Of a DNA stretch of 64,000 nucleotides, positions 27,250 to 40,688 are shown piece by piece. A model generated the notes under the pieces. The model made no database searches and was not told where the DNA came from. It saw only the letters and a program-made list of their open reading frames with translations. The first letter of the stretch is position 1, and every line of letters begins with the position of its first letter. The position numbers and the translations under genes were made by a program. The stretch is from Lama glama (Eukaryota), in contig CM052817.1 in assembly GCA_028534125.1 (NCBI GenBank), positions 44,022,001 to 44,086,000 on the forward strand. Reading direction: 5' to 3'.

Positions 27250-28450
27250 AGTCTAAACTCTAAGCCAGCTGAAACTATAGATATTATTCTCTCTCATTCT
27301 TCATTCCCAAACCCTAGTGGCTCAGGGGACCCCTCTTGGGTGGAGCTGGCTCTTGCCTGCAACATTTGCCAGAACCCATGGAATCATCGGCACTGCTTGA
27401 GGAATTCCCTCTGTGTCACAAAGGGAAAAAAAAGGTTTCTGTTCCTCTGGCCAGAAACACCCAGATACCAAAGGGCAGGTATAGTCCCTGAAACCAAGGA
27501 GGCATTCCGGAGTTGAAAGAAACTGCCAGACATAGGTTTATAGTTGTGGAAAGAGCCTATAGCCTAAAAGTCTAAATATGTAGGAAACTGGGTCCATCTT
27601 ATAATTGAATATTCATTAGACCTGGAATATTAAAAACTTCTGGCTTTGCCTATGTAGACTTCCAAGGCTATCTCAAACAAGAGATGGAGATTCATCTGGA
27701 TCAGAGGCCTTAATTAAGCTGTTTAAATACCATAATGTTGGATAGTAACTTTACTCCAGGGTTGTTTGATTTTTTTAAAGCTTTGGATAAATTTTGAACA
27801 AGCAAAACACTTCTTCTCTACACCCTTGGTAGAGATTAATTTGAAATCATCTGCTGCCTCTTTCCAAAAGACTAATTGAGAAAAGTGATGTTTGTGAAGA
27901 ATTGATTGGAGGTCAGGCAGAACATCCAATTCTTGTTATTCTACATTCCATTCTCAGATTGAACCAGACCCTCATGTACTTGGACAATATTTTCTTGGCC
28001 TCATACACAATCACGTTTGCTGTGTTATATTTTGGTGTTACGCCTTCAGCTTTCATCAAGGGATGCTATGAAAAAAAAAAAAAGAAAGAAAAAAGAGGCT
28101 AATGAAATCCATTATTCTCTTTGTTCCAGGAACATGGAAGTCATTGCTCACTACATCCCTTAGCTCTTGCTCTAGAAAGCCCTTATGAAAATTGTCTGAC
28201 AAAGTTGCCTTCTAGGAGAGGCTTTGCATCCCTTGAGTAACAGGCATAATTTTTCCTCAGTTGATAAGAGTATAGTAACTGTCTCTTCTGGTACTTTGCC
28301 TATCAGAAACTTAGGTCCTAATTCAAAGGTCAGGGATTCAAGCTCCAATGGGAGGACACAGCTCATCTAGCACTGATGGAGTTATTTCCTCTATGGGGTT
28401 GAAGACCCCATATCCAGGAGGCTGAAATATCTTGCTCTGGGCTGCCCAGA
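27250..28450 (-). mobile_element. Very decayed ERV1-like internal (pol) remnant
   Basis: Weak integrase-like (KKIKQPWSKV, cf. LPWPKVLP) and protease-like (LTFELGP...VTILL) peptides on the minus strand. Confidence 0.3.
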
Positions 28451-31400
28451 ATGGGATCTCAGTCCATGGAGCTTCTGAGATAAGTTACCAGCAGAGATGG
28501 TTTTAGATGAAGCTTTCCCTGCTAGCCTATGAAGCTACTAAACTTGGGGCTTATACAGGGTAACCCGTCAAGGTCCCCTGCTCATAGCTATTATGACACT
28601 TCCTACAAAGGCCAGCTTATTGGCCTAGTCCCCACAGGTTGGATTGTTTTGTTTTGTTTTGAAATAGGGTAGGGAAGGGGACACTGACTTCTAGCTATTT
28701 GTGAATGTACTATCTCCTATATACCCCAGAATAACCATCACAGATTTTCCCCCTCCAACCTCCTCTTCTGGACATTGCAATCTGCTTCTTTCTATTATTG
28801 ATCATGATGAGCTCATCACTTGTTACTCTGCTGGACACAGCTCTCCCTAGTGGTGATCCCCATTGATGTCCCCTCTCAAATTCAGGAAGGCAAAACAATA
28901 ATTGCATGTCCAAAATGTCAGCCTTGCAACTCAGGAGCAGGACCAGAACTCAGACCTGTCCCCTTGAGTCTGGAGGCGCATCGTAGAGGCTGCTGCCCTG
29001 GATCCCAGCTGCTCAAGAAGGAGTGTTTCCACAAGGAAGTTGTTGACATCAAGGGGAGATGGGTGTTCCCTCTCATTTTTGTCTGTCGCCACATGGAACT
29101 CAGCCCCACCAGCAGAACTACTCCAAGCCTCCTCGCTCTCCCTAGTCTGAAAACACATCTCGCTTCTTACCCCAGAGTTCAGGTGGAAATGTCTTTCCGC
29201 AGTCTCCAGGACTCATGGTGTGGCCTCGTATCATGACTGTGGTGTGGTCTCGTGGTGTTAGTGGTACTTTGGTATATTTCCCCAAACCTGGGTCACTCCA
29301 CATTGACTATGGTCAGGGTGTTATACTAGAAAGGGTCTCCTAGGAATGGGTAAGGGTTTTAACAAAACAGAACCTGTAGTATGTAAATATGTTCTTACGT
29401 AAATCCAATATTTCCTACGTTAAGTATATCATAGTATCAAAATATTACGTGATTTTTAAAGTGATAATCGTACCAACTATAATTTATAGCTTTGATTTTT
29501 ATTGTAATTTTTAAATTAGTACATTGACTTAGGAAACAAATTCTAACACAAGAACGAACATTATTGATCTCCTTCATAATCTTGACTGCCATGACCCCTC
29601 AACAGAGGGTATCCTTCCAAAGATATTCAATGTCTATACTATTTGATTAATGAGTTTTTATTAAAATCCTAGAAATTTGCAATGAAATTAATAGATTTTC
29701 TGTAGTAAAGTCTAACTTTAATATCATGGAATGAGATATTTCCTTAGCAGGAGTAACTGACATAATTATTGGCAACCAGCCTATAAAAATCATACAAGTA
29801 TTATTTATGAACTGACCAGTTGTGGTAGCCCCATTATTTTAGGTATCCTTTGCCTTTTATAGCAGTCTTCTTGATTTAATACTTTGGCATACATTTCCCA
29901 GAAAGTTAAAATCTTCAACTTACCCTCAGGACTTGATGATCAAATAAACAATAATTATAAAATAATTTGATTAATAGAGTTCATCCAAAAGAAGAGTGCT
30001 GCTCAACTTTAATTTATCTGGCATCACTCTAATGTCTCAAGTTATGTAATATAAAACAATGACCTGGGCTGTGATTTTTATTAACATTTTGTTTTTGCCT
30101 GATTAAATCCCAAGCAATCTGCTAGATTTAAAGAGATGCCAGATGATGATTAAAAGCAACCCCACTGCCTGATGACTTCCACAACCAGGTTAATTTGCCC
30201 TTGAAATATAAGGGCATGGAATTGAAATTCCTCAAAAGCCAAGTCAATAGTGGAGCTGCCATCTTGCCCCCACTACCTGGGACAAATAACCCTTGGTCTT
30301 CCTCACTTGGGCACTCTGGCAGGACAAGCAGGGAAGTAAAGTGGCTCAAGGACTCTGCAATGGCCTTGCCAAACTTTCCTTAGAGCTACACTCAGCCTAA
30401 GAAGCTTCCATGCAACCTTACTTTTTTCCAGAGCAGATTAGAATGCATTGCAGCCTAATGGCTCTCTCAGCCTCAACTGGCTCCCTCCCCATTTTTTCTA
30501 ATAAATTTCTTTCCTATTACTGTCTATATAGTAGACCTCTGTTTCATTCTGCAGGGTGTCTTCATGGTTCAGATCTCTTTGAACCAGACTGCAACCCTCT
30601 TACTGCCAATCTGGCCATGCTGCTGATTATAATGATCGTGTCCACTAGGTTTTTGATGGTTATGCACTATTTCAGAATCTGATCATCCCCTTTGCTCTCA
30701 GTAGTGCAAGTCTTATAATGGCATCTCCTACTGTCAGCTCTGGGGCAGCCACCACTAAACTTCCTAGTGACACTGATGCCCTTCTCATTAGCACATACTC
30801 ACTGCTTGGTAGACAGTGTCTCCACGATGCCATCCTGTGAAGCAGTTTAGGCCAGCTGAAACTCTTCAAAGGAGTGACATCTTTTTTCTCCCACTTCCAT
30901 ATCTGGTCCAAAGGGACCCTGATGCTGCCTTGGGTGTGACCTTAGGGAAAGACACAAGTGCAATGACCTGGAGGTCTGGGCTGTTTGCTTTGCTGCTTTG
31001 TCTTCCAGTCCTGCTCATGGTTGATCCTGAATGTACCATTGCATCCACCCAGTGTAAAGATTTGTGGGTTCTAATTTAACCCAATTTATGAAAGACAATG
31101 TTGGTTGCATAGTTGTTTGGCAATCAGATACTCCATCTATACCAAGGCCCAGCAGCAAGCCAAGAGCTGTTTTTCAAACAGTATATAATTCTCTGCTGCA
31201 AAAGACCTTGTCCAGAACCCTAGCATTCTGCATGTGATCCTCCCATAAAGACTTAATATGAATTCCACCCGGCATCCTTCTCCCCCAAAAAACCTCCTTT
31301 GGAATAGAGTCCCTTTTCTCCCTAATCAGCCTAGCACATCTCCAGCTAGGTTATGTTGTTATTGAAATCTAGTTATGGACTGACTATAGATATGGAGGAG

Positions 31401-31701
31401 AGCTTGGGGTTCTGTACCATCATGAAACCCATTAATCTTTCACAGGGAAGACTGGATAAGTTCTGTAGGTTCATGGGTCCCAGGAATTTGGGGATTTGAA
31501 AGTGACCCCATTCTGTCCCAACTAGGACCCTGACCTTGGCATTGCATACTTGCCTAACTAAAAATTGAATCTTCTTTGGAGCTCTGCTACATTTATGGTT
31601 AAGTCCAAGGCCTGGTCCTCCATTCTCTCTGCCTTCTGGTGAAGGAGACAAGAGCCTCTGTAAATGTTATCAGGAAGGCCCCTGACTTTCACACTTAGCT
31701 T

Positions 31702-31930
31702 TTATTATATTATTTTTTTTAATTGTAGTACAGTCAGTTTACAATGTTGTATCAATTCTGGTGTACAGCAAAATGTTGCAGTCATATACATATATATACA
31801 TATATTTGTTTCATATTCTTTTTCATCATAGGTTACTACAAGATATTGAATATAGTTCCCTGTGTTATACAGAAGAAACTGGTTGTTTATCTACTGTATA
31901 TATAGTAGTTAGTATCTGCAAATCTCAAAC
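31702..31930 (-). mobile_element. Short L1 3' end with imperfect TSD
   Basis: L1 3'UTR antisense, flanked by tcacacttagcttt (31689) and tcacacttactttt (31931). Confidence 0.88.
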
Positions 31931-32176
31931 TCACACTTACTTTTTAGTTTCCTGATTAAACGCTCAACTTTTTGTTATTTTTTCCAGAGTACAACTGCAT
32001 TTAGCAAGGGCCCCCTAATTCCACCATACTTATGATTAGTATTTCCCTCATACTTCTCAAATGCCTGACACAGCACACTTGCTTGTTCATTTCCTTCCAC
32101 GTCAGCCTTTTAACAATTCAACTTTGAGTTCAAGCCAAGAGTTATCAGTACTCTACCTGTCATCAGTGATGGGGTC

Positions 32177-32621
32177 TATACTAGATTCCCAGGGCTGCTG
32201 TAACAATTACCACAAACTGGTGACTTAAAAAACACAAATTTATTGTTTCATCATTATGGAGTCTAGAAGTCCAAAATCAAGGTGTCAGCAGGGCTAGATT
32301 CCCTCTGAAGGCTTCAGGAAAGAATGCTTCCTTGCCTTTTCAAGCTTCGAGTGGCTCCAGATGTCCCTTGGCTTGTGGCCACATCACTCCAATCTCTGAT
32401 CTCGTCTTCATGTGGCCTTCTTTGTGTCTTCTCTTCTTATGAAGACACCAGTCATTGGATTTAGGGCCCACCCTAATCCGCTATGATTTCAGCTCAATCC
32501 TTAACTAGTTACATCTGCTAAGACCCTATTTCCAAATAAGATCACATCCTGAGGTTCTGAATGAACATGAATTTTTTGGTGGGGGGAAGTGGGGGGAGGT
32601 GACACTATTTAAATCACTACA
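32177..32621 (-). mobile_element. MLT1 (MaLR, MLT1C-like) solo LTR with 5-bp TSD
   Basis: gggctgctgtaacaattaccacaaactgg...agtccaaaatcaaggtgtcagcaggg...gaccctatttccaaataag. TSD gggtc at 32172-32176 and 32622-32626. Confidence 0.9.
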
Positions 32622-32709
32622 GGGTCCTCACTGCCAGCCAGCTAGTGACAATCCAGCTTCAGGATCCTTTCTTAGCACTGACTCTCTTGGATCATTACTG
32701 GCACGAACT

Positions 32710-33120
32710 GATGCAGGTTGGGTCCCCAGGAAGCCACCTCTGAAACATACAGGAAGTTCATTAAAGGTTGCTCTTAAATTGAACACATGGGGAAGGGACA
32801 GATAGAATGGAAGATTCAGCAAAAGGGGAATTTGGACAACCACATGGTAATACAGAGACCTTGCCAGATTCCACAGGAGTCTGTGAAGCTAAGATGACCC
32901 CTTACTGTTGTTTTACCTCAGATCAAGGGGGCAGAGGTGCCAATGAGTAGGATAATCAGACATTGAATGTGGATTGTCCTGGGAAGGGGCTGTGCCCTTA
33001 GGCACGGTTTCTCTCTTTAGGCAAACCGTGAAGACTGATAGCTAAGTACTCTCAGGAATGGAAGAAAAGTACTTCACTCCTGAAGAAATGTCTAGGTGAC
33101 ACAGGACACCATCCACTATA
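32710..33120 (-). mobile_element. LTR16-like LTR
   Basis: gggtccccaggaagc...ccacaggagtctgtgaagctaagatgacccc parallels the other LTR16-like copies. Confidence 0.6.
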
Positions 33121-34035
33121 GCTATCACTGATTAAAACAGAAAATTAACTTATTTTTATAAAACTGAAATATTTTAGGCTACTATTTTCATTCCTAGAAA
33201 TAGAAATCAGAGTAGGGGAAAGAAGCAGAAAAATCCTTGAAAAGAAAGAAATCTTAGTTGGATGAGATGACTGAATCAAAGTTTTGAGACACACTTTGAA
33301 AGGTGGACATACACTCACCCAAGTGGATGCTCTGCCACTAAAAGCGAGATTGCACTCTGGTGACTGATGAGTTTAGGGGAGGGATGTGGGAGGTGCTTCA
33401 GCTTCTCTCTCTCTCATCTCTCTTCTCTCTCTCTCTCTCCCCCTCTCCCCTCTCACATCCCAACTGCTCATCTGTAAGGAAAGTATATGTTCTCATCTGT
33501 TCTGCACCTGTATACCATAAACTTTTCAGGGGCTGGACCTTGTTAGGGAGATTTGCCAGTGTCCAGCTCAGCCTGTGCTGAGGGGGTACCTTTAATTTGG
33601 GTGCAGTATTTACCAGTCTTTTTGACCAGAAACCTAAATTGCATTTCCCTCAACAGCTTTATCAGCTGAAAAAGGAAATATTTTGATCTCCACATCAACT
33701 ACTCCATGACCCAATCTGTTCTGAACTCAAGTGAAGAAGAGAGGTTACTACTCATAGAGCCCTCTTTTCAAACTCCAGCATGGTCATCAGTATTAGTAAA
33801 GTTAAACACTTTTCACTATAGCAATATTTTTGAGCTTTGGAAGTGAAAAGGAAAAGGAAGTCGCATCTCAGTCCAGTAATAACCATGTATATACATTCAG
33901 AGTGCAGACACAGACAATTGAGACTACTGCTCAGAAAGCAGAAAGGGACTTAAAAGGGTGTCATATGATTTATAGAATTGAGAGAAACAGACTCTAGAGT
34001 AAGCTTCTAGATATGACTCCAAAAGCCACACCCCA

Positions 34036-37000
34036 GAATTTTTTGAGATATAATTGACATAACATTATAATTAGTTTCAGGTGTAAAATGTAATGATTCA
34101 ATGTTTGTATGTGTTGCAAAATGATCACCACAGTAGTCCAGGTAACATCCTTTGCTATACGTAGTTACAAAAATTTTTTTTCTTGTGATGAGAACCTTCA
34201 AGATCCACTTTCCTACTTACTTTCAAATATGCAATACAGTATTATTAACTCTAATCACCATTGCTGTACATTAGATCTCCATAACTTACTCACTTTATAA
34301 CTGGAAATTTGTACTTTTTAACCCCCTTCACCCATCTTACCCACCCACCTCTGGAAATCAGCAATCTGTTTTCTATTTCCATGAGCTCAGGTTTTTTGTT
34401 TGTTCGGATGGCTTTTTACATATCATATATAAGTGATAACATACAGTATTTGTCTTTCTCTGTCTGACTTATTTCACTGAACATAGTACCCTCCAGATCC
34501 ACCCATATTGTTGCGAATGGCAAAATTTCTTTCTTTGTTTAAGGCTGAGTAGTATTCTGTTGTGTTCACATACACATACCCACACACCCTACATCTTCTT
34601 TATCCATTCATCTGTTGATGGACACTTAGTTTGCTCTCATATCTTGGCAATTGTACATGATGCTATGAACATTGCGGCACATGAATCTTTTCAAATTAAT
34701 GTTTTCCTTTTGGTGGCTATATGCCCAGGAGTAGAATTGCTGGATCATATGGTAGTTCTGTTTTTAGTTTTTCAAGGAAACTCCATACCGTTTTCCACAG
34801 TGTCTACACCAATTTACATTCCCACCAACAGTGTACAAGGGTTCCCATTTCTCCACATCCTTGCCAACATTTGTTATTTGCAGTCTTTTTCATGATAGTC
34901 ATTCTGACACATGTCAGATGACATCTCATTGTGGCTTTGGTTTGTATTTCTCTGATGATTACCAATTTTGAGCAACTTTTCATGTATCTTTTGGTCATCT
35001 GTATGTCTATATAGGTCTTCTGCCCATTTTTAAATGGGGTTGTTTGATTTTTTGATATTGAGTTGTATGAGCTGTTTATGTATTTTGGATATCAACCCTT
35101 TAACAGTAATATCATTGGCAAAAATTTTTCTCCCATTCCATAGGTTGTCTTTTCGTTTTGTCAATGGTTTTCTTTGCTGTGTAAAAGCTTTTAAGTTTAA
35201 TTAGATGCAATTTGCTTATTTCTATTTTTGTTTCCTTTGCGTTGGGAGAAAGAATCTCCCAAAAATTTATTGCTATGATTTATGTCGAAGAGTGTTCCAT
35301 CTACATTTTCTTCTAGGACTTCTATGGTTTCCCATCTTACATTTAGGTCTTTAATCCATTGTGAGTTTTTTTCTTTTTTAATGTAGTGCGAGAAAATGTT
35401 CTAATTTCATTCTTTTACATGTAGCTGCCTAGTTTTTCCAGCACTACTTATTGAAGAGGCTGTCTTTCCCTCATTGTATATTCTTGCATTCTTTTGTAGA
35501 TAAATTGACCATAAGTGTGTGAGTTTTTATTTCTGAGCTCTCTATTCTGTTCCATTGATTTATGTGTCTGTTTTTGTGCCAGTACCATACTGTTTTGATG
35601 ACTTTGGCTTTATAATATAGTCTGGGGCCAGGGAGTGTGATATATCCTGCTGTGTTTTTCTTTCTCATGATTGTTTTGGCTATTTGGGGTCTTCTGTATT
35701 TCCATACAAATCTGAAAATTATTTGTCCCAGTTCTGTGAAAAACGACCTTTTGATGGGGATTGCATTGAATCTATAGATTGCCTTGGGTAGTATGGTCAT
35801 TTAAAAAATATTCTTCCAATCAATGAACACAGTATATTTTCCATCTGTTTTGTGTTGATTTCAATTTCTTTCATCTGTGTCATATAGCTTTCTGAACCCA
35901 GGTCTTTTAGCTCCTTAGATTTATTCCTAGGTAATTTATTCCTTTGGATGCACTTGTAAATGGGATTATTTCCTTAATTTCTCTCTCTTGTTAGTGATAG
36001 AAATGCAACAGATTTCTTTATATTAATTTTGTATCCTAAAATTTATTGAATTCTTTGATAAGCTCTAATAGTTTTTTGGTGGCATTTTTAGGATTTTCTA
36101 TGTATAGTATCATGTCATCTACAATGACAATTTTATTCTTCCTTTGCAACTTGGATTCCTTTTACTTTTTTTTCTTGTCTGATTGCTGTGGCTAGGGTTA
36201 ACCACAATTAACCCTAAAACTATGTTGAATAAAAGTGGTGAGAGTTGATACCATCATCTTATTCCTGACCTTAGGGGAAATGTTTTCTGCTTTTCACATT
36301 TGAGTATGTTGCTAGCTGTGGGCTGGTCATATATGGCTTTTATTATATGGAGGTACATTCCCTCTATACCCACTTTTTGGAGAGTTTTTATCATGAATCC
36401 ATGTTGAATTTTGTCAAAAGCTTATTCTGTATCTGTTTATGACCATATAATTTTTATTCTTCAATTTGTTAATGTGATGTGTCATATTAATTGATTTGCA
36501 GATATTGAAAAATCCTTGCATCTCTAGGATAAATCCCATTTGATCATGGTGTATGATTCTTATAAGGTATTGTTGGATTCATCTTGCTAATATTTTAAAC
36601 ATTTTTGCATTTATGTTCATCAGTGATATTAGCCTGTAATTTTCTGTTTTGTGTGTCTGGTCTTGGTGTCAGGGTGATGTGGCCTTGTAGAATGAGTTCA
36701 GAAGCATTCCTTCCTCTTCAATTTTTTGGAATATTCTGAGAAGGATAGGTGTTACCTCTTCTCTAAATATTTGATAGAATTCACATGGGAAGCCATCTGG
36801 TCCTGGACTTTTTGGGAGATTGTACAGTTCTAGGAATTTGTCCATTTCTTCTAGATTGTCCTGTTTGGGGGATTTTGGTATATAGTTGTTCACAGTAATG
36901 TCTTATGATCCTTTGTATTTCAGTGGGCTTTGTTGTAACTTCTTTTTTAATTCTGATTTTTTTAATTTGGTCTCCCTCTCTTTTTTAACCTGCAAAATAA

Positions 37001-37420
37001 AAGCAAAGGACTACAACATTTAAAAAAAAAAGTGTAGGCAAGCTCTCTTTTTTTCTTTGAATCTGGCTCAAGGTTTATCAATTTTATCTTTTCAAAGAAC
37101 CAGCCCTTAGTTTCATTATTTTTTTCTATTTTTTTAGTCTCTTTTATTTCTGCTCTTATCTTTATGATTTCTTTTCTTCTATTAACTTTAGGGTTTGTTC
37201 CTTCTTATTTTTCTAGTTTGAAGGTTGAGTTGTTAGAGATTTTTTTGTTTCCTGAGGTAGGCTTGTACTACCATAAACTTTCCTCTTAAAACTGCTTTTG
37301 TAGTTTCCCATAGATTTTAGGATCATTGTGTTTTCATGTTCATTTGTCTCTAGATTTTATTCTTCTTTGATTTATTCAATGATCCATTTGTTGTTTAGTA
37401 GCATATTATTTAGCCTCCAC
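34036..37420 (-). mobile_element. Degraded L1 (3'UTR plus ORF2)
   Basis: Minus-strand ORF2 peptides [33 protein letters not shown] and HCWWEC. Confidence 0.93.
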
Positions 37421-38160
37421 TCTGCTCATTTTTAAGTTAGATTTTTTTTGCTGTTTAGTCATATCAGTTCTGTTTGTTTTAGATATTAACCACTTTTCAG
37501 ATATATGATTTGCAAATAGTTTTCACACTCAGTATGTTGCCTTTGATTTTGTTGGTTTCCTTTGCTGTGTAAAACCTTTTTAGTTTGATGTAGTCTCACT
37601 TGTTTTTCTTTTAATGTCAAATCCAAAATATCATTGCCAAGACCACTGTCAAGGAGCTTACTGTCTATGTTTTCTTCTAGGAGTTTTATGATCAGGTCTT
37701 ACATTCAAGTTATTAATCCATTTTTAGTTAACTATTGTGTATGGTGTAAAATAGTGATCTGGTTTCATTCTTCTTCATGTTGCTGTTTAGTTTTCCCAAT
37801 GCCATTTATTGAAGAGATTGTCCTTCCCCCAATGTATATTCTTGGCTCTTTAGTCATAAATTAATGACTATATATGAGTGGGTTTATTTCTAGGCACTCT
37901 GTTCTGTTCCATTTAGCTATGTGTCTGTTTTTCTGACAATACCATACTATTTTCTTTACTATAACTTGGTAGTACAGTTTGAAATCAGAGAATGTGATGC
38001 CCTAGCTTTATTCTTCTTTCTTAGTATTACTTTGACTATTATGGGTCCTCTGTGGTTCCATACAAATTTTAGGATTGTTTGTTCTGGTTCTGTGAAAAAT
38101 GCCATTGGAATTTTAATAGGGATTGCATTGAATCTGTAGATTTGCTTTGGGTAGTATGGA
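37420..38160 (-). mobile_element. Second L1 ORF2 segment
   Basis: Covers the same ORF2 region as 35020-35790 with a different sequence. Confidence 0.85.
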
Positions 38161-40020
38161 CTTTTTGATTTGACATATAGTTTACATACAATATTATGTA
38201 ACTTTCAGGTGTACTACATAGTGATTTGACAATTACATTCATTATGAAATGATCACCAAGATAAGTCTAACAACCATCAGTTTCCATAAAAAATTGTTAC
38301 AGTATTATACAGTATAAAGAATATGGTCAATATTATATTCCTGAGATTTATTTATTTTGTAAATGGAAGTTTATACCTTTTAATCACGTTTACCTATTTT
38401 GCTTAATCATCCAACCCATACCCCTTTGGCAACCCTCGTTTGTTGTCTGTATCTATGAGTCTCCTTTCATTTTGTTTTGTTTTTTAGATTCCACACATAA
38501 GTGAGATCATATGGTATTTATCTTCATCTGTCTGATTTATTTCACTTAGCATTATACCCTCAAGATCCATCCATGGGGTGTCAAATTACAAGATTTCATT
38601 TTTTATGACTATGTGTTATATATATATATGGATATGAATATTTTGTATCCATTCATCTATCAGTGAACACTTAGGTTACTTCCATACCTTGGCTATCATA
38701 AAATAATGCCACAGTGAACACTGGGTCACATATCTTTCTGAATTAGTGTTTTTGTTTTTTGGAGGTAAATACCCAGAAGTAAAATTTCTGTGTCATATGG
38801 TAGTTCTGTTTTTAATTTTTGAGGAATCTTTATACTGTTTTCCACAGTCATTGTACCAACATATAAATCCCACCAACAGTGAATAAGGGTTCCCTTTTCT
38901 CCACATCCTTGCCAATACTTTTTATTTCTTGTTATTTTGATGATAGCCATTCTGAGAGGTGTGAAGTTGTATCTCTTTTTGGTTTTGACTGACATTTCCC
39001 TGATGATTAGTGATGTTGAGTGTCTTTTCCTATGTCTGGTGGTCACTGGTATGTCTTCTTTGGGGAAAAAATGTCTATCCAGTTTAGTTTGGTGTAGTCC
39101 CCGTTTGTTCACATTTGCTTGTTTTCCTTGCCTAAGGAGATGGAAAAATATTACTAAGCCAGTGTCAAAGTGTTCTGCCTGTGTTCTCTTCTAGGAGTTA
39201 CATGGTTTCAGGTCTTACACTTAAGTCTTGAATTCATTATGAGTATATTCTCTCTCATATCATATGCAGTCTTTCAATTTGATTCTTTTGCATATAGCTA
39301 TCCAATGTTCCCAACACCATTATTGAAGAGGCTGTCTTTTCCTCATTATATAGTCTTGCCTACTTTGTTGTAGGTTAATTGAGCATGTAAGTGTGGGTTT
39401 ATTTCTGGGCTCTCTATTCTGTTCCATTGATCTATGTGTCTGTTTTTGTGCCAGTACAATACTCTTGATTACTATAGCTTTATAGTATAGTTAGAATTCA
39501 GAAGTGTGATACTTCCAGCTGCATTCTTTTTTCTCAAGATTGCTTTGGCAATTCAGGGTCTTTCTTGGTTCCATACAAGTTTTAGAATTATTTGTTCTTT
39601 TCCTGTGAAGAGTATACCATGGATACTTGGGTAGAAATTGCATTCAAGCTGTAGATTGCCTTGGGAAGCAGTCATTTTAATATTAATTCCTCCAGTCTAT
39701 TTGTATGTGTTATCTTTAATTTCCATCACTGGCTTGTTATCGCTTTTAGTATACAGGTCTTTCACCTCATTGCTTAAATGTATTCCTGTATATGTTGTTC
39801 TTCCTGAAGAAATTATAAATGAGATGGTTTTCTTAATCTTTCTGGTACTTGTTATCAGCATACAGAATTCATCAGATATTTGTATGTTGATTTTGTACCC
39901 TGCAACTTGACTGAATTTTAGTTCAAACAGTTTTTGGTGGAGCCTTTAGGATTTTCTCTATATAAATATCATATCATCTGCAAAAAGAGTGATAATTTTA
40001 CTTTCTCCTTTCCAATTTGC
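38161..40020 (-). mobile_element. Third L1 (own 3' end plus internally deleted ORF2)
   Basis: A new 3'UTR starts at ~38165. ORF 38726-39112 gives IIREMSVKTKKRYNFTP...HCWW. Confidence 0.88.
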
Positions 40021-40059
40021 TTAAAGAAAAAGAAATAAAACATTCAAAGTATATGAACT

Positions 40060-40188
40060 GGCAGCAAGAGAAAAACAAAGAGTGAGTTACAAGGGAAGCC
40101 CCATAATGCTCTCAGCTGATTTCTCTACACAAATACTACAGTCCAGAAGGGAGTGGCAAGATATATTCAAAGTCCTGAATGAAAAAAA
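40060..40188 (+). mobile_element. L1 ORF1 C-terminal fragment running into the gap
   Basis: AAREKQRVSYKGSPIMLSADFSTQILQSRREWQDIFKVL. Confidence 0.88.
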
Positions 40189-40688
40189 NNNNNNNNNNNN
40201 NNNNNNNNNNNNNNNNNNNNNNNNNNNNNNNNNNNNNNNNNNNNNNNNNNNNNNNNNNNNNNNNNNNNNNNNNNNNNNNNNNNNNNNNNNNNNNNNNNNN
40301 NNNNNNNNNNNNNNNNNNNNNNNNNNNNNNNNNNNNNNNNNNNNNNNNNNNNNNNNNNNNNNNNNNNNNNNNNNNNNNNNNNNNNNNNNNNNNNNNNNNN
40401 NNNNNNNNNNNNNNNNNNNNNNNNNNNNNNNNNNNNNNNNNNNNNNNNNNNNNNNNNNNNNNNNNNNNNNNNNNNNNNNNNNNNNNNNNNNNNNNNNNNN
40501 NNNNNNNNNNNNNNNNNNNNNNNNNNNNNNNNNNNNNNNNNNNNNNNNNNNNNNNNNNNNNNNNNNNNNNNNNNNNNNNNNNNNNNNNNNNNNNNNNNNN
40601 NNNNNNNNNNNNNNNNNNNNNNNNNNNNNNNNNNNNNNNNNNNNNNNNNNNNNNNNNNNNNNNNNNNNNNNNNNNNNNNNNNNNNNNN
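40189..40688. other. Assembly gap (500 N)
   Basis: N run. Confidence 1.

Larger units (their letters stand above)
30550..32709 (-). mobile_element. Decayed ERVL internal region hosting L1 and MLT1 insertions
   Basis: Minus strand 31200-31120 reads AAENYILFEKQLLACCWALV*MEYL, matching the ERVL pol motif NY.PFEKQLLACYWALVETE.L. Confidence 0.7.

Noticed and set aside
28970..29080. HSFX/HSFY-like or Ras-like domain
   Set aside because: Only a few residues match (F.KEV) and the spacing is wrong. Not supportable without a search.
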